DNA of 64,000 nucleotides from Raillietiella orientalis. Its lineage: Eukaryota. The stretch is taken from the NCBI GenBank assembly GCA_036172245.1, contig JAYWIR010000009.1:3224001-3288000 (forward strand). The letters are read 5' to 3'. Below, one piece after another: positions 25,467 through 38,170 of the stretch (positions are counted from its first letter, which is position 1; every line of letters begins with the position of its first letter). The notes below the pieces were generated by a model. That model ran no database searches and was not told where the DNA came from. It worked only from the letters and a program-made list of their open reading frames with translations. Position numbers and translations under genes: made by a program.

Positions 25467-25720
25467 CTCTTCGAGAGACGCGTCCGTCGGCCCTCCGGCG
25501 GTGACTTCCGAGACAGGTAGAGGACGAGGTCCTCCCCCGTCGTCCTCGCGCCCCGGCACAGCCCGAACTGGGTGGTGGGGTGGAGATGGCAGAGTCCTCC
25601 TCCACTCCCTGCTCCCTCCCATCTGTTCGTGGGCCCCCTTCCTCCCCACTTGTGACCCCTGCGAGGCGACGGGGACCTTTCGTTCCAGGACGGCGGAAGA
25701 TGCCTGGCCCCTGCCTCCGT
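25467..25720. repeat. Dispersed repeat copy 1 (same orientation as 42648-42897), probably LINE ORF1-derived
   Basis: Shared blocks such as 'gacgcgtcc', 'ggcagagtcc', 'cctgctccctccc', 'tctgttcgtg' and 'cccacttgtgacc', separated by indels. Confidence 0.8.
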
Positions 25721-25899
25721 GCACCGGTTGCCCTGCATGAAGTGTATGCCCCACCGGTATGACGAAAAACAGAGTGAGCCAAAAGGGGAGGGAAGGGCGA
25801 AAGGTGGGGGAGATTCCGGGAACTGGGACTCGCGGGCAGCTTTGGAGGGGTGCAGGGAAGGAGCAAAGGCTGTCGTGGAGATGGCAACGGACGGGATGC

Positions 25900-26600
25900 G
25901 ATTCGATCCCTGAGGGCGCCGCCGGCCGGCGCAACGCCGCTCGAAGGCGTGCAGATGCGCTCCGTTCGGCCCGGAAAGTCACGCCGCGAAGGCGGGACGC
26001 AGGACGTTCCGGGGGGGAAGCTCTACACCACGTGGTGTAGCTGCCGAACAAGCAGATCCTTGGTGCCCGCCGGCGAAGGAGGCAGGCGGGAGCAGGGGAC
26101 CCACGATGCCTCCGCGGATACTCCGCGGGCAGGAGGGCTTGTGCCGGGAGGAGGGGGGGAGAGCGACCTCCGGAACAGAAAGCGCTCCTCCGGTTGACCT
26201 TCGGGACACTGCCCAGGGCCGCGTGCGATGTTCCCCGCTTCCCACCGGAAAGGGGACGGACGACCTCGAGTGGGGAAGGGTCGACGGTTTGCCCCGGGTC
26301 AGGCTGACCGGCGTAGTCCTCCTTCAGCGTCGCGGGCAAGCAGCTCCTTCCTTCATGACATGACGGTCGTGGCCTGGACCTTCCAAGGGTGCCACTCCGC
26401 CCACGCACCCGGCCCTTCCACGAAAGGGGCGGTAGGGGTGGCTGAAATTCGCGCGGCAGCGGTAAGGAAGGTCACATGGGTTCCAGGGGCTCCTGGATTG
26501 ATCCCGCCGCCCGAGCCGGCAAGGAAGGGTCAGGAAGGAACTTCCGGGAGCATCGCTCGCAGATGCGCGCGGCATACAGTGCTGTCAGCTACCGTGCGCG
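25900..26600 (+). mobile_element. Possible ORF1 fragment with a degenerate zinc knuckle
   Basis: 'GSGKEGHMGSRG' near 26455-26490 (cf. CGKEGH...C). Confidence 0.28.
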
Positions 26601-27249
26601 CGCGCTTCGGGTTCTGCTGGCGAAAAGGGGAGGTCATGCCCTCTCCCCGAGATGACCCGGCTTGATGCCTCAGAGGGATCGCCCCTCCCCCCGGGACTGC
26701 TCGGGACCTCCGGGCAGCCTCGCGGTCCCGCGGCCCAGCTGGATCTCACCCCGGTGGCGATGTCAACGGATACTGGAATAGACCCACCCTGCTGAGGGGG
26801 ACGGAGAGACCCCACCGCTTCCTTTCTCCCCAGGGGTGCGAAAAAGTGACTAAAGTTTTTGGGGGGAGGAAGAAGGGCAGGAGGAAAAGATTCTCCCTAG
26901 CTCGACCCCTCCGCCTGCGAAGAGATCGGAAGAAAAAGTCGAATGAAGACTTTTAAAAAAGCAGGCAGGTCGCGCCGCTGACCGCCTCGGGCTATCAGGG
27001 GAGCTGAGGAAGAGGGAGCGGAGGTTCCGGCACACCTGGGAGTGGCCTCCGAGCGCCCCTCCACTGCTCCCTCCTTCGCCAGGCTGCGGTGGGAATGAGG
27101 GGGGAGGTGAACGCCCCCACCCGAGATCCATCCCCAAAGAGCGGCTTCCTGCGGCTTCACAGCCGCCCCTGGCAACGGCGGCAGAGGTCGTCGCTGACCA
27201 GGAAGGGAGGGCATTCGGGTCAGCCACCCCCATCACGTCCAGACTGCCT

Positions 27250-28170
27250 CTCTCTCTCTTTCCCTTCACCCCCTCCCCTTCCTTTCCCCGCGGGCGACGC
27301 TCTTACAGTGCCCATCTTCTGGAGGCGTCCAACAAGAAACCCCGGAGTCCAGGACGCGCCGATCCCGGGGCGAGCGGGAAGGGACGGCGCATGCAAGTGC
27401 GCTTCGCCGTTATCACCTTGGCGGCTGCTCCTCGTGACCGCCGCTGACTCCTCCTTCCCTATCTATGCGGGCGTGACCCCGGAAGGGATGGAGCCTCTAC
27501 TCGCGAGCGGCGGCCGTCGCGGGGGCGCGAGAAAGGTGCCAGTGAAAGGAGGCGCCAGAAATTCGGCCAGACGCCGGACCGGACCTCTGCTGCGGTGCCA
27601 ATAGCCGTCCGCCGGAGGAGAGCTGGGAGGGCGAACACGAGTTCCCCCACCGACGGGCCAACGCAGAAGAAGCCGGAAGGTCACGCGGAACGTTAGGAGG
27701 GGTGGATCCCAGAGGCACCGTTACCGAGCGCGAGCTTCACCGGAAGGCCGAAGACAGGGCACCCGACAGGCGATTGCTTGATTCTAAGGGGGGGGAGGGG
27801 TGGTGGTTCCCACGGATCTGCCGAGAGTCTGCGCTCGCCCTCCCATTGGAGAAGACGGGAAAAGAGAACGAGAGAGGCAACGAAAGAGAAGACGGGGGTG
27901 CACCTCAGGTAGGCGTTTTGACCGCAGCTCCGAGGTTCCGATGGATCCCGGCCAGCTGGGTTTCCTCCCCTCTCCAGGAAGGAAGACGGACGCCAAGATA
28001 CCCGTTCGAGCATCAAGTGATCCTCCTCGCTCGGCAGCCTCGTCCACAAATCGCCGCCCAGGCTGCGTCCGGCCCCGACGGAAAATCCAGACTTCCCGCA
28101 TTCGTGAAAAATGCCTCGGAGAGATCCTCCCAGCCACCCCCCTTCGACTACCAGGTCTCCGCGTGAGCTG
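27250..28170 (+). mobile_element. Decayed LINE APE/linker fragment
   Basis: 'IPGRAG...WRLLLVTA' (cf. GR.L...RL.NVYA), 'GEGWWF' (cf. GPG.WK) and 'QIAAQAASGPDG'. Confidence 0.3.
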
Positions 28171-28399
28171 CTGCAGTCGCTTAGCTATCTAAAAGGCATG
28201 TCGATGGACAGATTCCCGTTTGAGATGCTCCCCCTATCCGAAGGAGCATTGTTGCCATCTCTAATATTGTTTCTAATGTTCTCTCATTGTTGCTACTATT
28301 GTTATCGTTGTCTGGTTGTCGTTTCCATCGTTCTGCCTCTTTCGTTCATTGTTTCCTTCACTCTCACTGCTCGCATTGTAGTACTGGCGGACATGTTAG

Positions 28400-29300
28400 G
28401 TTCCTCACCCGAAATAAATTGCCGGTTCCTTCCTGCCCACGCTCCGCTGCAGGACCCTCGCTCCAAAGTGGCGGGCCCCAAACCAGGATTCAGACTTTCC
28501 ACGGGAGGAAGAGAGATCGTCGAGCAGCCATGGATGAACTTCGTGAAGAAGCGATGCGTTCGGAGACGGCCGCAGGGCACATGACGTCCCTGCTGGGGAG
28601 GAGGAGCAATCCCCGACCGCTCGAAGATGGGACTGGAAACTTCCCTGTTTCGTCCGGAGCTTCTCCGATGGCGATGGCAGTCGTGATCTTCCAGAAAGAC
28701 ATACTGGCTCTTCGGGAGACGAAAGGGAGGGGACAGTGCGGAAATGAGATGGAGCTCCGCAGTAATGAGTTGTCCCTCCTTGGAGGAAGAGGGAAAGGGA
28801 GGCGAAGAGGGGAAGGCACGATTACCAGGAGCACTACCGCCACACCGCATCGAGGAGGAACCCTTTCCTCGCTCCGTTCCCGTTCCGTGCAGCTACTCCT
28901 GATTCTATGCTCCCGTCCACTTTCCTCCCGAGAGACAAGGGGAAAAGACGTCTTGGAAGTCGGGGGCTCAGGCAGACCGTCACATTCTGCAGTCTGTGGG
29001 TCCCAGGCTTACCCAGGAGGGTAGAGGAAGCCTTCGATCTTTGGCGATGGCACAGCCCGTCATCCTCGAAAATGATGGGATGGGTGCTCTCCTGTTCCCC
29101 TTCGGAATTCGCCTTTCTTGTCAGTTTGTACGCAGGTAGACAGACTTTCTCTTCCAATTCCACCCTTTCGAGCTCTCCCGAGCACGGGACGCTCCTCTAC
29201 GCGACCGGCGCCTCAGGCGGAGTAAGAGAAATCGAGAACACGGACGGCGTCGCCGTCAACCGCTGTCGGGGGAAACTTAGCTCGAGGGGACGTTTAGGCA
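28400..29300 (-). mobile_element. Decayed LINE linker-to-RT-domain-0 fragment
   Basis: 'NSEGEQESTHPII' (cf. EGE..T.FF), 'FQDVFSP' (cf. FY..LFS) and 'MRCGGSAPGNRAFP' (cf. M..GKAPGPDGLP). Confidence 0.35.
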
Positions 29301-30657
29301 TCGACGAGACCTGATAGTCAAGAAAGCGACTGGAGGAAAAGAGGCGGGGAGGGGGGGGGGAAACAAAGGTCAGGGAGGAAGAGTAAGGCACTGCCTTTTT
29401 TTTTGCCTCGGGGCCTCTAGGACGACCACTGACCTTTGCGAACTGCGGAAAAGGCGAGCGCCTACGTCGCCGGGCTGCTGCGCAACTGCTGGAGACAGCT
29501 GCTCTCTCGAGGAGCAGCAGGGGTCGAGCCGAGGGAAGAGAGCACCGAGCGCAAGCCTATCCCCGACAGTCAAGCGCGCGGGCGAGCTACTCGGGAGATG
29601 CGCCGCTTCCTTCGGGTCCGGAAAGACTGAAACCGGGAAGCAACTTACGTCAAGGAAGTGTGAAAGGGAAGAAACAAGAAAGGAGGTGGAAAGGAAGGAC
29701 ACCCGGTGTACGTCTTCAAAGCACTGAACCACACGAATCGAAAGACGAACAGCCCCCGGCGGCGGCACGAGCGGAGCAGCCGGGTTCTCCAAGCTTGCTT
29801 TCCCGGAAGCCGCAAGAGCTTCCAGCGGAGGCCTTTACCATCATGACCGCTTGGGTCGGCGGATGAGCGTGCCTCGGGAACCAGACGAACGTCTAGCTGC
29901 CGAAGATAGCCTTCTTTTCCCCCTCCTCCTTCCTTCCTTTCTTCTCCCCACCCCTGCCTTCGAAGGAGGGCGGAAGGATACTCGTCCTCTGAACGACTCT
30001 AACTCGACGAGAGAACTCCAGGAACGGAACCGGGCACATGGGGCCCGAGAGCAGGCAAGAGAAGAGGAATTCCAGCAAGAGGGAATGAAGTCCGAGGCGT
30101 CGAAACGGCCACCCACGGTCAATGCCGAGCGGGACGACGCGGACCGAATCAGGGACCTCCGGAGAAGGATGGGGAGAGTATCTTTCCATGGCCTGTAGGC
30201 ATCCTCGACAGGAATCGGGGATTCTGAGAGCCAAGGCAGCAGTATGGAGAGACGGGGGAGGGAGGGGGACGGCAGAAGAAAGCACGCCGGCGGTAGCGTG
30301 CGTCCTCCGAGGAGCGCGCGACGGCAGTTTCCTTCAGGCACCTGGTGAGGTTCCTCCAGAAGGGTGTAGACGATGGAATGAGCCACAAAGAGCAGCTCTC
30401 TGTCGATCCGGAAGGCCCACCTGCTGAAGCGTGTTCTCGAGGAGCCGAGGACACCCTGCAGCAGGCGGGTATTGTCGAGGTGCGCCTCGGCTCCTCCTCA
30501 TGGTCCCAAGGCACATAGTGACCTCAGAACCTATACCCCAGCTCGAGGAAGCCAGAGATGTCGGCCTCTTGCCGATGTCTCCGACGAAAGACGACGGCCT
30601 CTGCAGGCTCCATAGAAGGCGTTCCGGAAATGATCTCTGCTTCTGGAAAGAGTAGCA

Positions 30658-30702
30658 CAGCTCGCCAGCGACCGAGGAAGATCCTCGGTCGCTGGCGAGC
30701 TG
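30658..30702. repeat. Perfect 21-bp stem hairpin with a 3-nt loop
   Basis: cagctcgccagcgaccgagga (30658-30678) - aga - tcctcggtcgctggcgagctg (30682-30702); the arms are exact reverse complements. Confidence 0.97.
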
Positions 30703-30849
30703 CAAATCCACCTTGTGAATCCAGGAAGGGTTCCGGAGGAAAGAAGGACTCCTGCCTCCCTCTCACGCATGGGAGGGAACCCCGAAGGCAATCCTCGCCC
30801 TGGTTGCTTCCTAAGGGAAGAGTTCCTCTTCCTTATTCCCTCCGGAGGG

Positions 30850-31750
30850 ACCCCTAGGAGGGGTCCAGTCCTCACTTCTCTTGAGGGAACCCTCAAAGAA
30901 ACCGCACTTTGTCTGAACTTCTTCGAAGAGAATCCCGAAGGGACGCTTCCCGATTTGTCTGAAGGGTTCTTCCCCGATGGGGGAGCAACGCGATTCTTGA
31001 CACTTCGGAGAGGGTGTCAACCAGCTCCGTGGTACGCGATGAGGGGCCCCTCCCTGAGGGGGGGACAGCTCCATTTGCACAACCAAAGGGAAACCCCGAA
31101 GGGCTCCTTGCTTTCTGGAAGAATCCCGGAGGGTCAACTTCCGATCCCAGTCAGTCAACGGGGGTATCCGGCTTGCACCCGTGCCGCCGCACCCGAAGCC
31201 TGAAGGCCAGCCGGCACCATCCTTCAGGGTGACACTCAAAAATCCGCGAGACACCCTCCTTTCCTCGGGGTCGACCCCCCTTTCCCGGATGGGATTCCAA
31301 CCTGCGGCGCGCGGAGGCCGCAGCCACGCGGCCGTCAACGCGGACCGGGCCTTCCGGGAGGACGGTTGCGTACGCCCGGAAGATCCGACCTGCGCCGGCA
31401 GGAAGGGATGGCGTCCGGCCAACTCCCGTGTCCATTCTGGAGCAGAAGAGGAAGGAAGGACACGTCGGAGCAAGCACAGGAGGAAGGAAATTCCGGCAGA
31501 AAGGACCCTCTGGAGAGATCTCCCTCTCTCGGAGACTCGGAGGGAAGGGGGGCAGCCGGGTTCGCTCCCTGGTCTTTTCTCCAGCGACTTCCTCGCAAAC
31601 GCCCTCGAGCGCTCTCTTCCTCCTCCCGGAGAACCCTGATGTCGCCCCCTGCCGGAACCTTCGATCTAGATCGAGTCCTTCGGAGACCCTGGCTGGATTC
31701 AGCGCTCCCGTGTCCCGGAAGGTGGATGCGTTTCCAGGAAACTGCATGCT
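30850..31750 (-). mobile_element. Decayed LINE RT fragment
   Basis: 'KARSALTAAWLRP' (cf. K.D...L..WRP), 'LTLRDSSRKQ' (cf. LD.EKA) and 'PFRQIGKRPFGILF' (cf. RQGCPLS..LF), in order. Confidence 0.35.
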
Positions 31751-33839
31751 TCCCTCTCGAGGACGAAGGGCCCTCCCTTCTTCCTCGTTTTACCCAGCTC
31801 AAGGGTTTCGCTGCGGGCGCGAGGAGACGTGAGGAGTCGCGCATCCCGAGGCGACTCCGTTCCTGCGGGACTCCGGGAAAGAGCGTTCCGGAACGTCCGG
31901 TCGTGATCCGGCAATCTGATTTTCCCTTCCGCCTTTCCGAAGGGACAGGCCGGACGCATCGCCCTTCCCCTCGCATCCCCCACCTGAGTTTTTCCCCTAT
32001 CCCGGAGCGGACGGAAAGGGAGAGTGTCGGCTGCTGAGCAGCGACGCCGCTCCCCACAGCAGTCGTCGCGATGCGCTCGCTCGCTCGTCCATAAATCTCT
32101 CGGATTTGTCTTCCCGGACGCGTCAGGAAGTTAATCTCTTTTTCCCGGTGTGGATCTCTCGATCGAAGTGTGCTCGGACGGGGATGCTGTGATTGACTGA
32201 TGACGAGGCACTTAGTCAGGCGGAAACCTTATTTCACTTGCCCTCCCCCTCGAGGAAACAGCAGGGAGACGGCGGTGTCTATTCGGAAAGTTCAACAAGA
32301 TGCTTATTCTTTCTTTGTCGAAACGTCCGGTCGGGGCCCGCGGGTTGCGGCGGACACAGCCGATGGCAAGGAAAACACGAGAAAATTCTGTGGGCACTCG
32401 TTCTCGGAGTGAGGCTCGGTGAACGGGGCGCTCACACCGACCCACGTAGGAGGGAAGGGGAGGAGGAGGAGGGGGGGAGGGCGACGGCGGGAGGAACGAT
32501 CTCCTTTGAGGGCCGCCTTCAAACTTCCGAGCAAAGGAGGGCGCGGAGCACACCTTCCCGACCTCGCCACGCCACGCACCATGATCGCGTTGCTTAAGAA
32601 ACGCAGAAAACTTTTTTTCCACGTGACTGATCGCGTCAACAATGCTCCGCTCCATCTTCGGGCACCATTGTTGATGAGAACCAACAATGACGCGTAACGA
32701 TGGATGAACGGGGAGAGCGGGAGGCGAGTTGACCTTCGGTTTCGAAGACCTAAGCAGGGAGCTTAGGATTCCCTCCCATGTGCCACGTTTTTTTTTTTTT
32801 TTCTCCTTTTTTTTTTTTTTTTTCAAAAGGAGGGGGAGGGTGAGCCGCACTGTGTCCTTAGAGATAATGAGAAGCACGTGTGCAGGACTGTGTTTTATTT
32901 GTTTAGCGAGAGTTTCGTTTTTGTTTGTGGATCAACCCATTTCCGTTTCGACAGTGTCAACACGTGCGTGCAACACTGTCGACCGTGCAATCCGGTCCAG
33001 GATGCAGGTACATCCCCCAGTGGAGGAGATGCCCACGGTGATCTGGGATGACGTGAGCTCGTGCCCACCGACCTAGGTGCGTTTTCGAATCCTTCCTTGC
33101 CAAAAGCCAGCAGGCCAGAAAGAGAAACCGTAAGGACGAATCATTTTCTTCCTTTTTTTTTTTTCGCCAAGACGAACGTCGTTGGTTTTCGAAAGACGAA
33201 GCAAAAGAGCACGCAGTCACGTGAGCGAAGTTGTGGTCCAGATCTGGGGAAGTCCAGGAGTGTTCCTTCCCACATTCGTATTGGGGGTGCGAACTTCATG
33301 CAACAAATGTGCGACAGGGATTTTTCTTTCTTCCCTCCAACACTATGAAGGAAAAGTGAAGCTTCGGAAGCTGTCCTGAGAAACTTTCAGTCCGGATCTG
33401 TTCGTTAAAATTGACAGCATTCATCTTCCTGAAGAGGGAAAATTACGCGGACACAATGCTGTGTCTGCGCAGCTTTTCAAGCAAAAATAAGTCACTACTG
33501 GGTGCTTCACTCTCGGTAATGACGTAATCAGAAGCCTTTCAAATAAACAAATCGGGGGGCACGAGGTGAAACGCTCGCGCTGCGTCGAAGTCGCCATAGT
33601 AACGAACTCACGTAGGAAAGAAGGAAGCAGACGACGAAGAAACAAACCCAATTTGCTTCAGCTTCTCTCCTTGGAGGAGGGGGGGAAGGGGGGAAGAGTT
33701 GTTCATCGACTTGTGCATGGCAACAAACGCATATTTTCCTGTCTTTCTTTCCCTCTCTCTATCTTTTTTTTTTTTTTCGCATGCGGATGAAACGCCAAAT
33801 CATCTTCTTGTTGGGGTTCTTCTTGCTGAGAGCTCTCGC

Positions 33840-35100
33840 AGGGATCCACAGCGGCTGAGGCAGTCGGAAAGGAGTGGCCAAGTGTGTTAACGAGAAGAGG
33901 CAGACTGGATGAGAATCGAGACTGTCGCAGCTGATCATCGAGCAGATGTCCTCCTGGAAAATGGGAGCACGTGGTGCTTCCAGAAAGGGAAGGAGACGGC
34001 GGTAGCTCTCCTCTGTGTCCGTCTCGGGAAGATGGATGCGCGCACACGCGAGCTTTTGCTCCGGGCGGCAGCGGCGAGCGAACAGGAAGGCGGGCCGACA
34101 AAGGAGTCACCGGGAGGGGGCAGAAGGGGGGTTGGAGGGGGGGGATTCCAAGAAAGAGGGAGAGAAGCTCGAAATGTCCAAGAGGGGCCAGGTATTCGTC
34201 GCCCGCCGTGGAGCCGACAGCACCACACCATCCAAGCGCAGGAGGAAACCCTGGCGAAACGCCGGGGCGGTGGCGAGGGAGGGGAGCCATTCCCGTCGAA
34301 GAGCGGCGCGCGGTGCGCGAGCCCCGGCAATCGGGGTTCACCTCCTTTCTTCCTGGTGCCTCGTCACACGCGCGCTCACTTAGTTACGCGTCTTTCACGT
34401 GTATTGATCCTGCTTGTACCCTCACTCCATTATCCTCGGGACCATTCTTCAAGATAAAAAGGAAAACGAAGGACCCAGAAGGGTTCGCGAAGCTGAATGA
34501 AATCAACACAAAGAGGTCCGACAAGATAAAAAAAAAAAAGAAGAGGGAGAGAGAGAGGGAGGGAATTCGCGCTCACCGGAAGCTTCCACGGAGCGACAAT
34601 GGTCCGCCGCTGCGCACCATCGCTTACTCTCGCGCGCCTCTGTTTCTTGGAGACGGTGGCCCCGGGTAGCATAGCACGGGAAGGCGCGCGCGTCGCTGTT
34701 GGACCACTCCCCCCCCTCACCGTACTTCTAGCTTGACCACCGAGACGCTCAGAGGGCACAAATACCCTTCTCTCCCAGGGGGAGCCGTTCCCGTCGAAGA
34801 GCGGTGCGCTCCCGGCAACCGGGTTCCTCCTGCAGGTCGACAAGAGCAACGGCAGCAGCAACAGCAACAACGGTAGCCAGGCGACCACCAAGCAGCAGCC
34901 TCTCCAGGTCGATGGCGCACCACCACTGGTCCGGGACTCCCCGTAAAGGTTCCCCTCCGTTGCCACCCTGGCCTGTCGCCGAGGTTTTCTCCCGCGCTCG
35001 GAGGGTGTGGCGCCGTCGACTACACACGACTTGGGTCCCGCCCTCCCTCCGAAAGCCGGAGGAGCCGGGTGGGCGAGATACGAGCGAAGAGGGGCGGGAG
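33840..35100 (+). mobile_element. Two tandem decayed Tx1-like ORF2 thumb/post-thumb fragments (about 33840-34340 and 34620-35100)
   Basis: 'QMSSWKMGARGASRKGRR..LSSVSVSGRW' and 'PPLVRDSP*RFPSVATLACRRGFL..GVAPSTTHDL'. Both carry 'ggggagcc(a/g)ttcccgtcgaagagcgg' (about 34281 and 34779). Confidence 0.5.
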
Positions 35101-35407
35101 AAAAGGTCAAGAAGGGAAGCGCCGTGAAGATGCGCCGCCGGCAAACCCGGCTCGACCCCTGCTCGGCGAACGGGGAGGTTCGGTGCAGCCCTCCTCCCTC
35201 GCGTCCAGGAGGGTGGAGAGCAACCGAATCAGCAATAACGGCTGCCTTTGTTGCTGTTGCTCCTGCCGACCTGCTGGCAGGACCCGGTTGCTGGGTGCTC
35301 ACCGCGCACCGCTCTTCGACGGGAACCGTTCGCCCCCCCCCCCTCCCTTTGCCATCCTGGGAGTGAAGGGCATTTGTGCCCTTTGCGCGTTTCCATGGTT
35401 AAGCGAG
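34728..35407. repeat. Imperfect inverted repeat (34728-34878 vs 35240-35407, about 360-bp spacer)
   Basis: 'agggcacaaatacccttctctcccagg...gttcccgtcgaagagcggtgcgc...gcaaccggg...gcaggtcg...agcaacagcaacaa' matches the reverse complement of 35240-35407, roughly 80% by eye. Confidence 0.9.
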
Positions 35408-36199
35408 GGCTAGGGGGAGGGGGAGGGAAACCGGGAGGAGAGGTGAAAGGGTGGTTCTCCCTGGATTTATTTACTGGAGATTGAAAACAAGATGGATGTA
35501 TATGGGGGGTGATATGAGGAGGGTAAAGGGTTTATTTTGTAAGGTATGCGATTATGCGATGACGGGGAGTTTTGCCACAGTATCGATACGATGGGTTAAT
35601 GTACATGTGTTGGTTTTTTTTTTGTTGTTGTTGTATTTTAGGTTCTATTTGTTATTATGAGGGAGGGGTACGGTAACGATAAGATGGGGAGGTTGTATTG
35701 GATTTTGGATCAGCAAGGATTCGTTTATGAGAATATTAATTTCGTGTATTAAAGGATTATTTCTGGCAGCCGGCTGCTTGCTGGCCCTTCCTCGAGCCCC
35801 TGCTGTCCATTCTGCCTTGGGGGGCTCGGCTCCAGAGTCAAGTGGGGGTCAGGGATGAAACTGGCAGTTCTCCCTGGGATCGCGCCGGGCTTCTCCTCTG
35901 CTACGCGGACGACCCTATAAATAATAAACCCATATCCCGACAAAAATAATAAAACAAATATCCTACTTCCACATTCCACATTGTGTCTCAAAACCAACCT
36001 AGACTCACCCAGGGAACCCCGGGGATTCTAAGGAGGGAAAAGGACACGAGAAGGGGCCGCGGTTTGGAACTGCCTTCGAACCCTCGTTTTCCCCTCCGGG
36101 ACATCCCGGCACGCCTTTCCGCGGCCACTGGGGAAGGGAGAGGGTCTTTGACGTCCGGAAACCTAGCTCTCCTTCGACCCCGCCCTTTCCTGGGCTTGC

Positions 36200-36720
36200 C
36201 CTCGTGGAGAGCGGTCCGGAAGAAGGGAGAAGGGAGGGAATAGGGAAAGGAAGGGAAGGGAAGTCCTCGCCTTGCGACGACCCTCGAAGGACCCGCGGAG
36301 GACGGGGAGACTCGGGAGTTGAGAGAACGGGGGGAATCTTCAGTAGGGAGGAGGATGAAGACTGGACGGTGCTCCGGAGGGAATTCTCACGGGACCTCGG
36401 GGACGCTGCTGGAGGAGCAGCTTCCCCTGCATTCCAGAACCTGATTCGATTGCACTTTTTCCGTCGAGGAAGGGGGCTAGGGCAAGGGCTGGATCCCTTG
36501 GAAGCGTCAAACTATGGTCTCTCTGGGAGCCGGCTCGACGTCCGATGTCCTTGCCGGGAGCGGCGGTATCCCTGGCAGGGACGTGGCCTCCGTCCCGAGG
36601 GAGTCGGTTCGGAGCGTGTGTTAAGTTCTCGGCGTCCTCCTCGAAGAAGCGTCTGGATGCGACCCCGCAGTCGAGACGATAATGCTGCTGAGGTTCTTGT
36701 TGTGAAGGTGGCGATTTAAC
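36200..36720 (+). mobile_element. Decayed LINE RT core fragment
   Basis: 'GIFSREEDEDWTVLRREFSRDLG' (cf. AFD.V.W..L), 'FFRRGRGLGQGLDPL' (cf. RGLRQGDPLS) and 'RSRDDNA' (cf. YADD), all in one ORF. Confidence 0.55.
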
Positions 36721-36737
36721 ACCCGGGTGCCATGGGG

Positions 36738-38170
36738 CGTTTATTACATAAAATAAGCATGCAAAGTGTAGGTCCATCGGCCCTACAGCGTTCCAAAGTG
36801 TTCGTGCCTAGTATCCAGAGCGCAGGCCAGCGAGGTTCGCCTCGGCAGCGGAGAAGGAGGAGGCAAGCAAAAAAATAAATAAAATGAAAACACTATATAC
36901 CAAAAAATTGGGAGGCTTGGAAAAAGGACCACTGTCCGCTGGAGAGCGTCCTCTGCATCCTTCCCAGGATGCCAGCAAGTTTCATCTGATTGTTTCCCAG
37001 GTGGAGCCATCTTGCTACCGTCCTCGGGAAGTGCAGGGCAAAGCAGATCGCGTCCATCTCGTGTCGTCCTCCTCTCGAGTAGCTCCAGGCCGACACAGTC
37101 CCACGTAGGTAGCAAAGAGCTGTCAGGGATGCGGCAGGCGAAAGGGCATCGCTCATGAAGAGGCGCTTTATCGCGTCTCTGGGATTGCCCGTCGGTACGC
37201 CAAGGGCCATAGAGTAGAGCAACCACAGGGGCCGAAGGGCAACACAGTCTAGGAGCAGATGAGGAAGCTGGGATTCCCGTTCCCCGCACCTGCAGCAGTT
37301 CGGGTCCATAGCCCCCCAGGTCCAGTGAGACTGGCGGGCGTTGCACGGAGGACCCAGTACAGCAGCAGAAGTGCCAACTCCTACCACTTCAGAATGAGAA
37401 CTCGGTTGTTCTTCAGAGCTGGGGGCCACTCGAGGTCTTCCTGTAGGATCATAGCACAATAGTCCCTTCGGTGGGGTACTTGGGGTCGCAGCATCTATTA
37501 GCTGGCCCGTGGTCCAACAACCTAGCTTCTTAGTCCAAAGACCTAATGTACGTTGGACCTCTCATTTGGACGGCCAACTACTGCCCAGGTGCTCCCTGAG
37601 AGAGGGCAATGCCGCGGCTAGGAAGGTTCTTTCAGCCCACTCAAGCGTGGTGGGTTGCACGATGACGTCCTCAAACGAATGGAGGTGGTAGCGGAGAGTG
37701 GAGGTGTGCCACGATGTAGCTCCTGGCGAAGGCGTCGTTCCCCACTAAGGACGGCGACCTTGAGGAACTGCTGTTTGGCAGCTGCCTGTTGCTGCTGCTG
37801 CTGCAGTTGCCGACCTGCAGGAACGCCTCCTCGTTGATGTCCTTAAGGAATGCCTGAGGGGTTGAGGGCTCTGGCAACGGGGGGAGACCCGGGTGCCCGC
37901 GGACCGGGTGCTTCCCCACCTGGCCCGGAACCAGCAGCAGGCCGAGACTGGAGCCACCCATCAGGAGCAGCAGCGAGGACGTGAGGGAAGGAACCACCAG
38001 ATGGGCACGGTCCTGCGAGCCAACCTGCACCCACCTGGCGGCGCCCTCTCTCTTGACGAGCTGAGCTGCAAGAAAGCGCAGTTCGAGAGGGTCTGCCTCC
38101 TCCCTTAGGATACACCACAGATCTTCGCATCCGCGACGGCATCAGGTGCATAGTCCGGCTCGTCCCCCTC
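36738..38170 (-). mobile_element. L1/Tx1-like LINE 3' part (thumb, post-thumb, C-terminal CCHC, 3' UTR with AATAAA)
   Basis: 'DPNCCRCGERESQLPHLLLDCVALRPLW' is the ORF2 C-terminal zinc finger; upstream is 'GRRQTLSNCAFLQLSSSRE..GG'. The UTR is homologous to 7980-8175, with AATAAA at 36745-36740. Confidence 0.85.

Noticed and set aside
24502..26408. 461-aa and 363-aa minus-strand ORFs
   Set aside because: GC-driven shadow ORFs. The LINE motifs over much of this span are on the opposite strand.
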